A stretch of DNA of 64,000 nt, from positions 9,486,001 through 9,550,000 of the forward strand of contig NC_043004.1 of NCBI RefSeq assembly GCF_006345805.1, in the 5' to 3' direction. Shown piece by piece: positions 25,027 through 38,164 of this stretch. Source of the DNA: Octopus sinensis (Eukaryota). A program made the translations under genes and the position numbers. Within the stretch, counting starts at the first letter, position 1. Each line of letters begins with the position of its first letter. Below the pieces are notes generated by a model. That model saw only the letters and a list, made by a program, of their open reading frames with translations, did no database searches and was not told the DNA's origin.

Positions 25027-26189
25027 GAACGTTTGTATGAGTGTATACACATATTGTGTCAAATGTGAGTAAAATAGGGTTTACATGCTATTCGAATCAA
25101 AGTTTCGCTGATTTACTCTGTTGGTCGTCATTCCTGATGAAAATATTTTAAATAAAATTATAGCTTTTAACAAGAATTTCAATTCTTTGATGGTTTAATC
25201 AAAGAGAGAAAAAAAGCAACGACTATGTCACTTCTCAGGTTCTATGTGAATGTCGAAAGGAAGGGAAAATGTTATCCCGAGACCAAACACCTAACCTAAA
25301 TGCTTGCAAAAGAGAGAATTCCGCTTTGATTTCTTAAAGTAACTTGGAGCTAACGGTTAACATTTTAATTCGCGTCTTGACGATATTATCAGGAATCCCG
25401 ATTTTCCTGTCGCTTATTACATGCATTCCATGTTCACTTAATATTAACTTTGATAATCAAATCATTAACATACACACAGTGCGAAATGGTTATATATGCG
25501 TCCATGCTTTGTAACCCTGGGTTTGTGTTTATAAATATGTATGAATATATTAGCAGTTCATTGATGGTTAAATCGTTTGAAGTTTCCCTTTTCGAATTAG
25601 CAATAGGGAAGGACCTTGGTTAGCGTTTGCAAGTAATGTAAATGGTATTGTTTATTGATCAGCGATTTACATCGATTTCCCTTGACATTTTACTTTGAGA
25701 ATGTAAATCTTGTTCATCCATAATTGTAAAGGGTCAATAACAGAGAATCTAGCTCGTCGCAAGACTGGCTAGAAACATCAGTTCAATCTCACGCATACCC
25801 TACTCCCATCATCTTTAAAAGAAAAGGATACCCTGAATAAATGCAGTCTTTATTAATCAGACTGTATCGGATGAAAAAAGAATCGGGTGGTCGGGTGGCG
25901 AGAGCTTTCCTCATAGTGATCCCCAGTCGGGGTGACCTACCACTAAGCAGCAGCAGCAGCAGATAGGTTAGTGACGTCATTCCCACGATTTTTTTGGCCC
26001 ATTTAAAAACACATCAATAATGAACGCCCTCAGCAAACCACTACAACTTGGTCATAATCCCCGAGAAAATTTTGAAACGAAGCGACTGTACAGCTATAGC
26101 TAAATGTAAAGAAATAATGAAGAAACACCTGACATCAGAGCAATCATGTTTTCAATAGAACAACGCAAAAGTTATGTTAATATTTATTG

Positions 26190-26900
26190 TTTTAGCGAAT
26201 TTTGCTACTGTATTCGCGCAAATATAGATTTCCAAATATTCAATGTCAACAATTTATTATAGTTTAATTTGTCACGAATTTTTGTCAGTGAACAGGTCGC
26301 GGTCTTAAAGCGACGAAAATATTTTGACAAATTAAACTTAAATGTTGAAGTGAATCGAACGGCTTTTGAGTGTTTCTTAAATGGCTTACAAACATCTTCC
26401 ACGCTGCAATTGTTTTCGTTCCAGCACACGATCTCAGATCAAGTCACTCGCTATGCAAGTACATCTCAGTTTATACAGTATTTTTCTATTAATTAGATGG
26501 TGTATATAGCTGACTAGTGATGTGGAATTGCTATTCTCCTTTATATTTAAACGAGTTTAAATGTGCGTAATACCTTTGTTTATAATTTGAGGTAGATCCA
26601 ATGTAGTAGCTACAGGAGTTGTTTACCATGTTATGAACAGTGCATCGGTATACGACATTGAATCTTCTGCATTGGGCTTGCAGTGAATCTAACGGTTTCA
26701 TGTGATTCTTAAATGGCTTACAAGCATCTTCCACGCTGCAATTGTTTTCGTTTCAGCACACGATCTCAATCAAATCACTTGCTATGCAAGTACATCTCCG
26801 AAATTTATTATAGTTCTTGGCCAATGGCTTTTAAAAACGCTGGTGTTAATTGCCTTTTAACAGAATCGCTTTTAAGTGACATTAATTTAAACATTTTTAA
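26190..26900 (-). mobile_element. Penelope-like element GIY-YIG endonuclease remnant
   Basis: NVVYRCTV...YYIGSTSNYKQRYYAHLNSF (GIY-YIG with RY..H..SF), upstream Cys linker C.NENNCSVEDAC, downstream TATCSL...IWKSIFAR. Confidence 0.8.
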
Positions 26901-27265
26901 AACAATGAGAAAATAGTTCCTATAAAGCTCTCACTATACTTTTTTCTTAAAAAAAAAACAAACGTACGGCTGCCGAGATAATTTCTGCTGCAGCTTAAAC
27001 ATATTCATATGTTTCTGTGACAAGATTCCCTATTCATTAAAATTGATCTTCACCAAATCAGATCATGTTTTATTTATAACGTCTGGAACAACTTTAAAAA
27101 AAGAAAGAGCTAATACATCTGTACCTTTAAGTATGCACACGTACATACAGTCTCACACTCATACAGACACCCATACACACTCTTATAAATTGAAAGCTAA
27201 ATGAACTTCGGTATTCGTCGTCAGAAGATGACATCTTGTGTAGCCATGCATTTGGCTGCGAGTAT

Positions 27266-27308
27266 ACACCACTGATAAGGGTCAGCCAGACCGAAATGCA
27301 TCTGATGT
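27266..27308 (+). ncRNA. Minimal type-I hammerhead ribozyme-like motif (core variant, possibly inactive)
   Basis: ACACCA-CTGATAA-G-GGTC[AGCCA]GACC-GAAA-TGCA-TC-TGATGT: stem I 5/6 bp, stem II 4 bp, palindromic ATGCAT stem III, AUC cleavage triplet. G8 is replaced by A. Confidence 0.6.
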
Positions 27309-27479
27309 TCTCGCAAGCGGCTACTCAGATCATTTCCGTCGACCTCCCATATATTGTATTGAGCTCATAAACACAACACGCTCATAACAGAAGTTATCGT
27401 TGGATGAATAATACAGTAAATTTGCCCTTCACTGAGGTATCTACGTTATGTATGATACGTGGATGGTTATTTTATCTTG

Positions 27480-27600
27480 ATACTGTTTCTGTTGTATATA
27501 AAGGACATATCTATCTATCTATCTACATATATATATACATTATATATATATACACATAAACATTATGTATATACATTATTTATATATATACATTATTATA

Positions 27601-27655
<55 letters not shown>

Positions 27656-27790
27656 ACATATACTTATATATATATACACACATACATATATATCAACAAT
27701 ATATATACATATACATTATATATATATATAAATACACATACATATATATCAACAATAATAAGGATTATTATATATATACATATATTGCTC
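27480..27790. repeat. (TA)n-rich low-complexity tract
   Basis: Directly visible. Confidence 0.92.
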
Positions 27791-28086
27791 AGCCGGAAAA
27801 ACAAACTGTCTGAATTTATGCCTTAGTGAGTTTAGTATGCACGGAAATATGTGTGTGTTAGGGCATGTATACACGCGCACACATGCATACCACAGTAAAC
27901 GAGAGAGACAGACAGACAGGGGGAGAGAGAGGACAGACTGAGGGAGAGATAGAAAGGAACAAAAAGCAAGCAAGAAAGAAAGAGAATGTGCGGGATGTGG
28001 CTGTGTATGTGTGTATGTCTATCATTTCTGCTGATGTCTTTAATAACATTTATTTCAATGTAGTCCACGAATGCTGCAAAATAGAG

Positions 28087-28262
28087 AAAAAAACTTACTG
28101 GCCTGCTAAGAATATCTATCTATTTATCTGTCTAGATAACAAAGTGGGATCGCACCTGTGAACAGTCAATTTCTAAAAAAACTTACTGGCCTGCTAAGAA
28201 TATCTATCTATTTATCTGTCTAGATAACAAAGTGGGATCGCACCTGTGAACAGTCAATTTCT
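28087..28262. repeat. Perfect 88-bp tandem duplication
   Basis: The unit A7-CTTACTGGCC...CAGTCAATTTCT is identical at 28087-28174 and 28175-28262. Confidence 0.97.
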
Positions 28263-28384
28263 TTATTAAGCATGAGGTTGAGAAAAAGAGGGGTCGATAC
28301 GAGGACAGACAAAACAAACATTGGGGGTCAGGGGATCGAATGAGACGAAATGTATGAATAAACAAACAATTAAAATATATACAA

Positions 28385-28510
28385 CTAGCAGTATAACCCG
28401 GGCTTGCCCGGGTTTAAGTTACGCTTATTAAGCTAATCAAGTACTTTATTTCAAACCAAACTAAGTAATATAGACGTCAAATTTGGGCGAAATCCGTTGA
28501 AATTAGTGTT

Positions 28511-28515
<5 letters not shown>
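28385..28515 (-). mobile_element. Helitron 3' terminus fragment
   Basis: On the minus strand a 7-bp hairpin ACCCGGG[CAAG]CCCGGGT is followed by TATACTGCTAG|T. Confidence 0.65.
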
Positions 28516-28555
<40 letters not shown>

Positions 28556-28628
28556 TGGTAAAAACGTAAGATGACAAAAGAAAGAAAGAGTCCTCATATT
28601 ATGTAAATAGAGGAAATTTATCTATAAA

Positions 28629-28897
28629 ATAATATGTTACAATTACTCAATAGTCCAAGATAAAACTGAGTTTCAGATGCCGAAGTGGAAATCCACAACA
28701 CCATCTCTTCGGTTATCTGGCCATCTGAAAAACGCTATGAAAAAATACCGTTATATATAGGGAAATTTATGTAACGGTATTTTTTCATAGCGGTTTTCAG
28801 ATGGCCAGATAACCGAAGAGATGGTGTTGTGGATTTCCACTTCGGCATCTGAACCTCAGAGTTTTATCTTGACTATTGATTAATTGTAACATATTAT
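28629..28897. repeat. Near-perfect ~125-bp-arm foldback (inverted repeat) between (TA)n arrays
   Basis: Arms at 28629-28753 and 28772-28897 with an 18-nt spacer; 59-bp perfect core (28673-28731 vs 28794-28852). Confidence 0.97.
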
Positions 28898-28937
<40 letters not shown>

Positions 28938-29407
28938 ATATATATATATAATATTATACTATATATATATATTAATATATTATATATTATATATTATATC
29001 TATGTTTATATATTATATATTATATATATGTTATATATATATATATATATCATATATTATATCTAATATATTATTATTATATATGTTATAATATTATGTA
29101 TATATATGTATATTATATATATATTATATAATATACATTATATTATATATATATAATATAATATATATATATATAATATATATATATATATTATATATAC
29201 ATATATATATATATATATATAATATAATATAATAATATATATTTATATATATATCCATATATATAGATATATATATATTCTAATATATATAATATATATA
29301 TATATATATATACCATATAATATATATATATATATATATACATATAATATATATAATATATATATATTATATATATATACATATATATAATATTATATAT
29401 ATATAAT

Positions 29408-29439
<32 letters not shown>

Positions 29440-29583
29440 CATATAATATATAATATATATATATACATATAATATATATTTATATCTATATATATATATA
29501 TATAATATATATATATAATATATAATATATAATTTATATATATTCATATAATATATATATATATATCTATATATATACATATA

Positions 29584-29616
<33 letters not shown>

Positions 29617-29625
29617 ATATATTAT
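28890..29625. repeat. ~730-bp (TA)n/(TAA)n microsatellite
   Basis: Directly visible. Confidence 0.98.
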
Positions 29626-30306
29626 AGTGACGTATTTTGCCATCGTGACGTATTTATATATATATATATATATATATGTATCATATATATATAGATAGAT
29701 ATAATATAAATATATATGGGCAACAGACACGAACACACATACACACACGTACGTACGTACGTACACCTATTGCATGTTTTGTGCACGCATACATGTTCAT
29801 AAACAGAAATGAATGGAAACAATAGTGTTAAATTTGTAGATTAACACTCGCACAATTTTCACTAAGAAAAAAAATCGTTTTTTTTTTTTTTGCATGGAAT
29901 CAACCACTCTGGCCTCAAAACCCTTTTTGTGGTCCGTGAAATGGAGTAGGGTGTGGTGGAAGCCTTGCAAATTTACCCATGTATATTGTGTAATTCACTG
30001 ACAAATTGTTTCTCACCTCTTTGTTTCTTTGTTATTAAATAAATGGATTGTCCACAAAACACTTTTTTACTCGGCGCAAAATAAAAACAAAAGTCTTTCG
30101 CACCCAAAGTAATGTGTGTGTGTGAGAGAGAGAGAGAGAGAGGGGAGAGAAAGATGAACGATTTAAAATAAATAAATGATTTAAAAAAAATATATTGTAA
30201 TTGCTGTGTGAGAATGTATATATACCATGATTATAAAATATAGTGTGCCTTTCAAAAACAAAAAAACAAAACATTTTACATTTTATTTTTTATGAATGTA
30301 GTCACT

Positions 30307-30353
<47 letters not shown>

Positions 30354-30739
30354 TCTCATTTGTCTTTCCCGTGAAACTCTATGCCTCCTTCTTCCACTTT
30401 TCGTTATCTTTTTTTTTTGTTAGATGCCATCAAAAAGCAATGGCTGATATTTGTAATGGTCAAAAACTATGATTGAATATAGATTTTTACCCTATCTGCG
30501 GGTGCCTCAGGAAAAAAATAAGTTGACAAAACCCAGATAGGATGTTGACAAATGTCCTCCTAAAATTTGAGCGACATGCGTGCTAATTTGTCGATGTGCA
30601 TAAATTACAATCACCTACACAAACACACACGCACACATCCTCCCTTTTATAGATATGATTAAATGAGAATGAGAGATTTACACAAAATGAAGCGGAGGAC
30701 GCGGTCGACCCCAAAAACCACACACTCCTATTGAAGACT

Positions 30740-31857
30740 TTGCTTTCTCCTTTTTTACACTCTCGTTTAAACAGGTTCTTTCACTCGCAACATACTTGCT
30801 ATTGACTTCCATCTTTTACGAAACACACTTTGCGACAGGCATTTCTTCTCCAGCCTTATTTTCCGTTTCATGTGGAAAACGAAAAAGTCGATTAGCTCAA
30901 GACTGGAGATGAACATGCCTGTTGCAATTCCTTTCACTCTCGTCTTCCATACTACCTCTTCGCCACAGCAACTACCGAGAGAAAACATGCTCGCTCCTCC
31001 ATTCAGTGGGGTCGGCGGAACGATCTTAATTACAGATTCGCTCGACAGTTGTACTCTTCTCGAATGCGACAGCAGGTGTTCGATATAAGCCCAGAGCTAA
31101 GTCACCTAGGGGCATCGTACAAGCGCATGCAGAACAGTTTCACTGTCCAGTTCGCATTTTGCACAAATCGGCGAAGGCGCATACCCATGTCAAAAAAGCT
31201 TATTTCGAACCGTTAAAGCTCCTCTGTAACATTGCCAGGCCAGGGACTTTTGTTCTTTGGAATAGGTTGGCCCGAATATTCTTTGGAAAAGGTTGGCCAG
31301 TTGATCGTCGTCGAAGCCAAGAGTATCTCCCAGGACGTCGTTTCACTTGAACTCTACTAACCCTCTATACAAGAACGAGATAGTACCCCCCCTCCACAAT
31401 CGTTGCCCGACTGGGAGAGAAGGACGAGTGCCTGATGGCACTCTGCATACCACACGCCCAACCTCAGTCTACACCTGATCCATGGGTCCAGTTCGGTAAA
31501 CGATGTGAACTGTGGAAATTACAGCTTGACGAACGGAGACCACACCTGCTCACCGTCCAGGTAAAGCCAGAGGTGCCTAAGCCTTAGCGCATGTCTGCAC
31601 ATTTTTAGCCACGGCATCCCTAGCCCACCCTTCAGAGGCCTTTAGCAGCAGATAGAACGCCTTACAAGAGGTCTGCTGCCCCTCCGCAAAAAGCGAAAGA
31701 GCATGCGTTCCAGCTTGTTCACCCACGAATCAGGGCAAGGCACGACGGTCAGGCGGGAAGTGATTACAGAGGCGATAAACACCTCTGCAACCTCCGCCCT
31801 CCCTTTCAAGGACAGTCGTCGGCTGGCAGCCGGTTCGATATAACTGAACTCTAACAA
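30740..31857 (-). mobile_element. L1/Tx1-clade LINE ORF2 C-terminal region, 5'-truncated, decayed
   Basis: RRLSLKGRAEVAEVFIASVI..RLTVVPCP..LERMLFRFL..G (post-RT region of L1/Tx1) and the C-terminus VWKTRVKG...FHMKRKIRLEKKCLSQSVFRKRW. Confidence 0.85.
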
Positions 31858-33304
31858 TTTATTTATTCATGTACGTTCATCTTTATTTATCTTAAATATT
31901 ACCGATCCATCTTCCGTAACATCATCGTTTTCTTCCTATACCACAATTTATTTTCTTTTACTTCTTCGTCTGTTGTCTTCCTGCTCCTTCTCCTCCTCCT
32001 CCTCCATTCCTCATCTTCTCTACCTCTCCTCTCCTTTCTCTCGTCTTTTCGACAACTTTTCCAGATTTACTTCCATTCTCTCTTTTTTTTGTTTTGTTTT
32101 GTATTTCCCCGCCATATTTTACACATTCACTTTCACCTTTCCCCCTCTCTCTCTCATTTCTTCTTGTCCCTCTTCTATCCCCTCTCTTTGTGTCTCGCAA
32201 CCACTCCTGTTTTATTTCTCTTTCGCCTTTTCAACCCACACCCTAGATTTCGTTCTCAACAATTTTCGTTTGATCGTTTTAAAAATTACCCCATCTCCCG
32301 TCCCCTTCTTTCTCGTCCCACCGCGCTCCCTTGTGCTCTTCGTTACCCCTAATATTCGTGTATTTAATTAGACTAAATTGTCTCATTTACCCGCAAGGCT
32401 TACAGTTAAGGGTTCGAATTCTTAAGCCATCACCATTTCTTTTAATTTCCTCTAATTCATATTTATTTATTTTATATTTCTTGCCCATATTTGATTTATT
32501 TTTTTCGTTTTTGCGTATTTATTTCTTATTGCATCTAAGCACGTACATATATAGATGCGTGTGTGTGTGTATATTTATGTGTATGCATATGCATTTATGA
32601 TTATGTATGTACATATACATATGTGTGTGTGTGTACATATGAGCATATATACTCATACTGCATATGTTCGTATGTATGTAGATATGCTTGTACGTACGTA
32701 TATGTACATACGTGTGTTTCCATGTATTTATGCGCACATAGATATACACACACACATTCATACACACATACATACATACATACATACATACATACATACA
32801 TACATGTACACATACATATAAGGTTGCGTAGGTACGTGTGCGTATGTGTGCATGTATATACATGCATGTGTATGTAATTCTTATCCTTTTTGGCTTTCAC
32901 TGGAACAATAGCTATAAACAATTCACCATAGGCTGCCCACTACAAAATCTGCCTCTACCTCATTCCACAGAAATAGATTTTTCTTTGCCTTTTCCTTCTT
33001 TCTTTTCAACTTTCATTTCGTTCTTTTTTGCCTTGGTCCATTCAGCTTTCCTTCCATTGTCCCCGCCACCACATGAAAAAATTATAAACAACCCTAAATT
33101 AACCGCATCAACCGACGTACTCTAGGATTCTAAAAGGACATTTATCTGACCAAATATATTCTTTCCGGGGGGAAAAACCGCAAGAAAGAACAAACAGAAC
33201 TGTGTATAAAATATACATTGCTTTCTTTTATGAAAAATAATCAAAGCAGAGGAATCAACCAGAAATTGTACACAATCTTTAGATTTCGCATTCACTGGTT
33301 CGTC

Positions 33305-33720
33305 TGCATTTTAGCTCTTTTTGCTTGCTACAGTCTGCGACCAAACTGGACAAGAGCCTTGTTGGGTTTTGGTCGAAGGAATCGACCCCAAAAATGTTTT
33401 GAGTGTGTGTGTATGTGTGTGTGTGTGTGTGCTTAGTCAGTTTCTTTTGCCGAGGACGTAAACATCTTTTTTTACGGGAACGTAAACAAATCAAGAACCG
33501 GGGGTGAAGCGGCACGGGAGGCACAAACCCAGATGCGCGCATGCGTATATGACGGGCTTCATCATCGTTTCGTTCTATTAAATTCACTCAGAATGCACTG
33601 GGCGGCCCGGGACTATAGAAGAAGGCGCGTACCCAAACTGCCATACACTTTGACTGAACTCGAGACCAAATTCTTGCGAAACGAGCTTCATAACCCCACA
33701 CGAATAGCTACTTCTATGCG
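33305..33720 (-). mobile_element. SINE-B, old decayed copy
   Basis: Collinear decayed matches to 48333-48708 (GAATCGACCCC, CGTAAACAAA, ATATGACGGGCTTC, GACTATAGAAGAAG, GACTGAACTCG). Confidence 0.65.
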
Positions 33721-34674
33721 TATGATTTTAAATTAGTCGGAAAGGATGTTACCACCATCATCATCATTTGTCACTGCCGGTTCTTGAATAACAAATCGGC
33801 TCTTCCAGAATTTTTGGAGATTTTTACTTATGTCTCCCATATACATCTATGCACATATGCTATGTCTTGCAGCCTCAATGGGTGAATAAAATTTCGACTG
33901 GAATCAGAGACAAGGTCCGACATTTCAAAACAACACAATAAAATGGAGATTTTTTTCTATTGATTTTCATCGAACCTCAAATGTCGAAAGACAAAATCGA
34001 CCCCATTGCGGTGACTGAATACCACGCAGTATTTCGTGTGGCGCTCTTCTGATTTAGGAAAGCCGGTGCTTTCTTGGGTCGACATAATTAAGTAGAAATC
34101 GTAATTGCTTGCTGTTCGTGTCATCGCCAACTGAACATCAATCTAGCATCTCTACAACCCAAGACATTCCACTCATGACAATTCGACCTTTTCCTATATT
34201 ACATTATCTAATATAGCATCTATTTTCTTTAAAACGGTAGAGAGTGATTTAGCTGCTGTTTCCAGCCGAACAACTGTTCGTATTAAGGCTCTTTCGTCGT
34301 TTTATTATTGACATTATTTAAACACAAAGGGACATAAATCCCATAATATAATGATATGCTACTGTCCAACCACGACCACTTCGTCTTTTCTTTCCATTCA
34401 TCTTTTATAAGATGACGGTTTGTGATACACAGGAGATTTGGCTGCAATTTCTGGCAGCCCAAGCTACCACAAACAGGCATCCCAGTTTGGGATTTACCGT
34501 AGGTTAGCTTCAAGTGTAACTTGATTTTAGCAAACTTAAAATCAAAAGCATTCGAGAGAGATTGCGCCAAGTCACAAAGCATAAAAACCTTGCGCCTTCG
34601 TAGATTGACTGTCTCTCTCATGCTGTGGCCGCTTGGAATCAATATAAGAAATGCGCGCGCGTGTGTATGTATAT

Positions 34675-34973
<299 letters not shown>

Positions 34974-35699
34974 AGGACACACATACTATATTTATGACAG
35001 AAATGCATGAGATGATGTAAAAAGGTTGGTGGGTAAAGGGGTTTGTTGTCTATTGGAAGGTGGGAAGAGAAAGAAGAATAGCCAAAGAAATAAGAGGTGA
35101 TATTTTGAGGTAATAAAAGCGAACAGCAGTTGATATAACATAATGTCAAAGTATATTTGGCTAAAGTAAATGTGAGGCGACAGTGAAAGCTGAATGTAAG
35201 TAACTACTGTCAAGCAAATTTTAAGTAATATACTGAGTGTAATGATTAGGTGTGTGTGTGTGTGTGTATATATAGATGTGCAGGAAAAATGGAAAATATA
35301 AACGTAAAGTAGATTGAGAAAAGGTAGAAAAGAAAAGATTGAACCAGACATGAAGCCTAGTATATATACATATATAAGCAAGAAAGAGTGAAACATAAGA
35401 CAATGTTTACTACGAAAGTATGTAATTAAGGAAAAGAAAAATACTTCTAGAATAATAGCGAACCGCAATTGGCAAGAGTCCCGTATAGGCAATCAAATCG
35501 TTAATATTCGCTTCCCTCATGTAAAGCATTCATCTTGATTTTTTTTTCTCTCCACACAAACATCTCAACCCGTTTTCTTTTTCTTGCTTACTTCCCTTAA
35601 CGAGATTCACCTTCCCTATTCTTTTCCTTCTTGGTTACCACATTATACGGTCTGGGATCTAATCCGAGCAGGGTAGGCATATCTTTAGCATTCCTCTTT

Positions 35700-35845
35700 G
35701 CTTCTGTGAACGAACTTGCAGAAACGTTAGAACGGATGAAAAGTTCACAGGAGTCAATAATTCCGGCCTTCTGTGCTCTGAGTTCAAACTCTGCCGAGAT
35801 TAACGTTGTTGTTCATCCTTTCATGATCGATAAAATAACAGTCTA
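35700..35845 (+). mobile_element. SINE-A, decayed
   Basis: CTTGCAGAAACGTTAG...CTCTGAGTTCAAACTCTGCCGAG...TTCATCCTTTC. Confidence 0.7.
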
Positions 35846-36181
35846 AGGTGCGAGATTGCCAAAGATATAAGGATGCTAGGTGCAATGCCTTGTGATATTT
35901 GTCCAGGATCTTCGAGTCCTCACTTTTGGGGCGGTAGACTGTTATGTTGATCAACACCACCACCTCATCTTGGTTTTCTCAAAGCATGTTGTAAGCTTTG
36001 AGACCAGGTCTCGGCTTTGAGAACAACTTACAACATTCCATCCAACAATCTCAGAGTCAGTAAAAAAAAGAGAAACATCACGAGCGGTGGTCCTCCCCCA
36101 CCCCCGTAAGAAGAAAGTGCTAGTTAAACAAGATGAAGGAGACACGTTCCATAGAAAAATGCATCCTTCTTAACAATAATT

Positions 36182-36400
36182 GTGGAGGCGCCTGGTTTAC
36201 AGGTTAACGTGTTGCAGTTATGAGCGTAAGATTGTGGTTTCGATTCCAGGACTGGGAGATATGTTTGTGTTTTTCAGCAAAACATTTCATTCTCTGTTGC
36301 TTCAGTCCACTTAGCTGGAAAAAAGAGTAATTCTGCGACGGACTGGCGTCTCCTCCAGGGTGAAGTACATACGCCACTGAATCCTGGAAACTGGCCATGA
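36182..36400 (+). mobile_element. tRNA-derived SINE (SINE-D-like head), decayed
   Basis: GTGGAGGCGC head with B box GGTTTCGATTCC. Confidence 0.6.
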
Positions 36401-36744
36401 GTCAATGGTTCAGGAACAACCTTTGATAATTTTTTTTTGTCTCAATAGTAATTAGCTAATTAGGAAGGCTCTACTTATTGCTCAATCTAGCAGTTAAACC
36501 AGGTTTAAATCATGGCATTAGATAATGAAATCCTAGATGACTATCAAGAAAATATTTCTCAAGCAAGATCGGATCAAGGTCAGACCGATGCCCGAAACAC
36601 AGCCCAGCAATGGTACTCTTTCATCATCCTTATCATTGTGTAAATGGCAAGAAATTAAGATATAATAAATATTGACTGTAAACTGAGAGATTCAAAATTC
36701 AATTCTCATCTAATACAAACCTTACGAATATATTTTCTACTTTT

Positions 36745-36966
36745 ATCTTTTACTTGTTTCGGCCACAGGGCTGATCCCATGCTGGGGCATCTCTTTCAAT
36801 AGTTTAATCGAAAAAATAGTCCATAGTCCCTGTGTTTTATTTTAAGCCTGGTGCTCATTCCATTGGTCTCTTTGGCCGGAAGGTTAAGTCTCTAGAACGT
36901 AAACAAACCAGCATCGGTTGTCAAGCCGTTGTTAGGGTACAAACACTAGCACGAAGACAAACCCAC

Positions 36967-36985
<19 letters not shown>
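36745..36985 (-). mobile_element. SINE-B 3' half, decayed
   Basis: Tail on the minus strand GATGCCCCAGCATGGGATCAGCCCTGTGGCCGAAACAAGTAAAA; body CGTAAACAAACCAGCATCGGTTGTCAAG. Confidence 0.72.
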
Positions 36986-36998
<13 letters not shown>

Positions 36999-37694
36999 GT
37001 ATGTACTCGTATATAAACACACTAGCTTATAAGCTGTCCGATAGGATGGCTTTTAAGCTTGCTCCTGTTGAGGGCACTTCATCAGGCCTTGGGCCCAACA
37101 ATGACGATTCATGCATTGAGTACATATTAGATTTTATGAAACTTGCACAATATTTTTCAAGCAATGAATAATTTTCATCAAAATAATGATATAATTTGTC
37201 GATGCATGATAAAGAACAATACCATCACCATCGCAACCACATCCGTCATTCACACACACCATTCAGTCTTTTTGTGATGGTAATGGGGTGATAGTAATAG
37301 GAGGAGTTGCAGTTGTGATAGAGGCAGAGGCGGTGGGGATAATGGTGGTGGTAGCTGAGACAGTCAGGGATAACGGTGAGAGTAAGAAATGTGAAAGAGA
37401 GTGGTGATGGTGGTGGAGGAGAAGTTAACGAAGACAAAGGTACTGATGGTGGTGGCGTCAGAAGTTTGAATGGTGTGTCTGTGGCAGATGTGGTGGTGAT
37501 GGTGGTGGTACTAAGAAAATGAATTTCGTGTTCAGTTTCTTTCTCTCTCTCTTATTACTCCCACTACTACCATAAACACTACTACTTTTAATAAAATATC
37601 ATCAACAGTAGAAGTGTCATTGAATAGTGAGAGAGGGGTCAAAGTGTGACACACTGACACACAGAAATTAGTTTTCGCATTAATATATATACAT

Positions 37695-37835
37695 ATACGG
37701 CGAGGTTTTAGAATCTTTTTACGAAATCCACAAATAAAGCTTTGGTCAGTCCGGGGCCATAGGAGAGGACTGAACCCGAAATCATGTTGTTGGGAAGCAG
37801 ATGTTTTACCACACAGCCACGCCGGTACCTACACG
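37695..37835 (-). mobile_element. SINE-B head fragment
   Basis: GGACTGAACCCG...TTACCACACAGCCAC matches the SINE-B 5' head. Confidence 0.75.
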
Positions 37836-38128
37836 CCATGTAATTCTGTATATATTAACTCGTATGTGCTTATACATTGCGGATAGTATTTTGGTGCATG
37901 ACAATGTGTTTCTTCTTGTGTGTGTGTGTGTTAGTTTATCCGAGCAAGAAAGAGAGAGACAAGAGAGATGGAGAGCGAAGCATGTGCGCGCATGCGTAAA
38001 GAAACATTTTTCATTCAGTCGTAGGTTTTCATGCCTTGTCACTAACAATCTAACCAGATTTGTTATTCCAAGATGCGAATAGGAGAGGGAAAAAATATGG
38101 TAAAATGAATCAACAAAGAAGCAAAACT

Positions 38129-38164
<36 letters not shown>

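Noticed and set aside
27262-27284. Similarity to miR-184 3' part (ACTGATAAGGG)
   Set aside because: The seed and 5' half do not match and there is no pre-miRNA hairpin; the hammerhead fold explains it better.
28087-28262. CRISPR-like array
   Set aside because: Only two adjacent identical units with no spacers, in a eukaryotic context with no cas genes.
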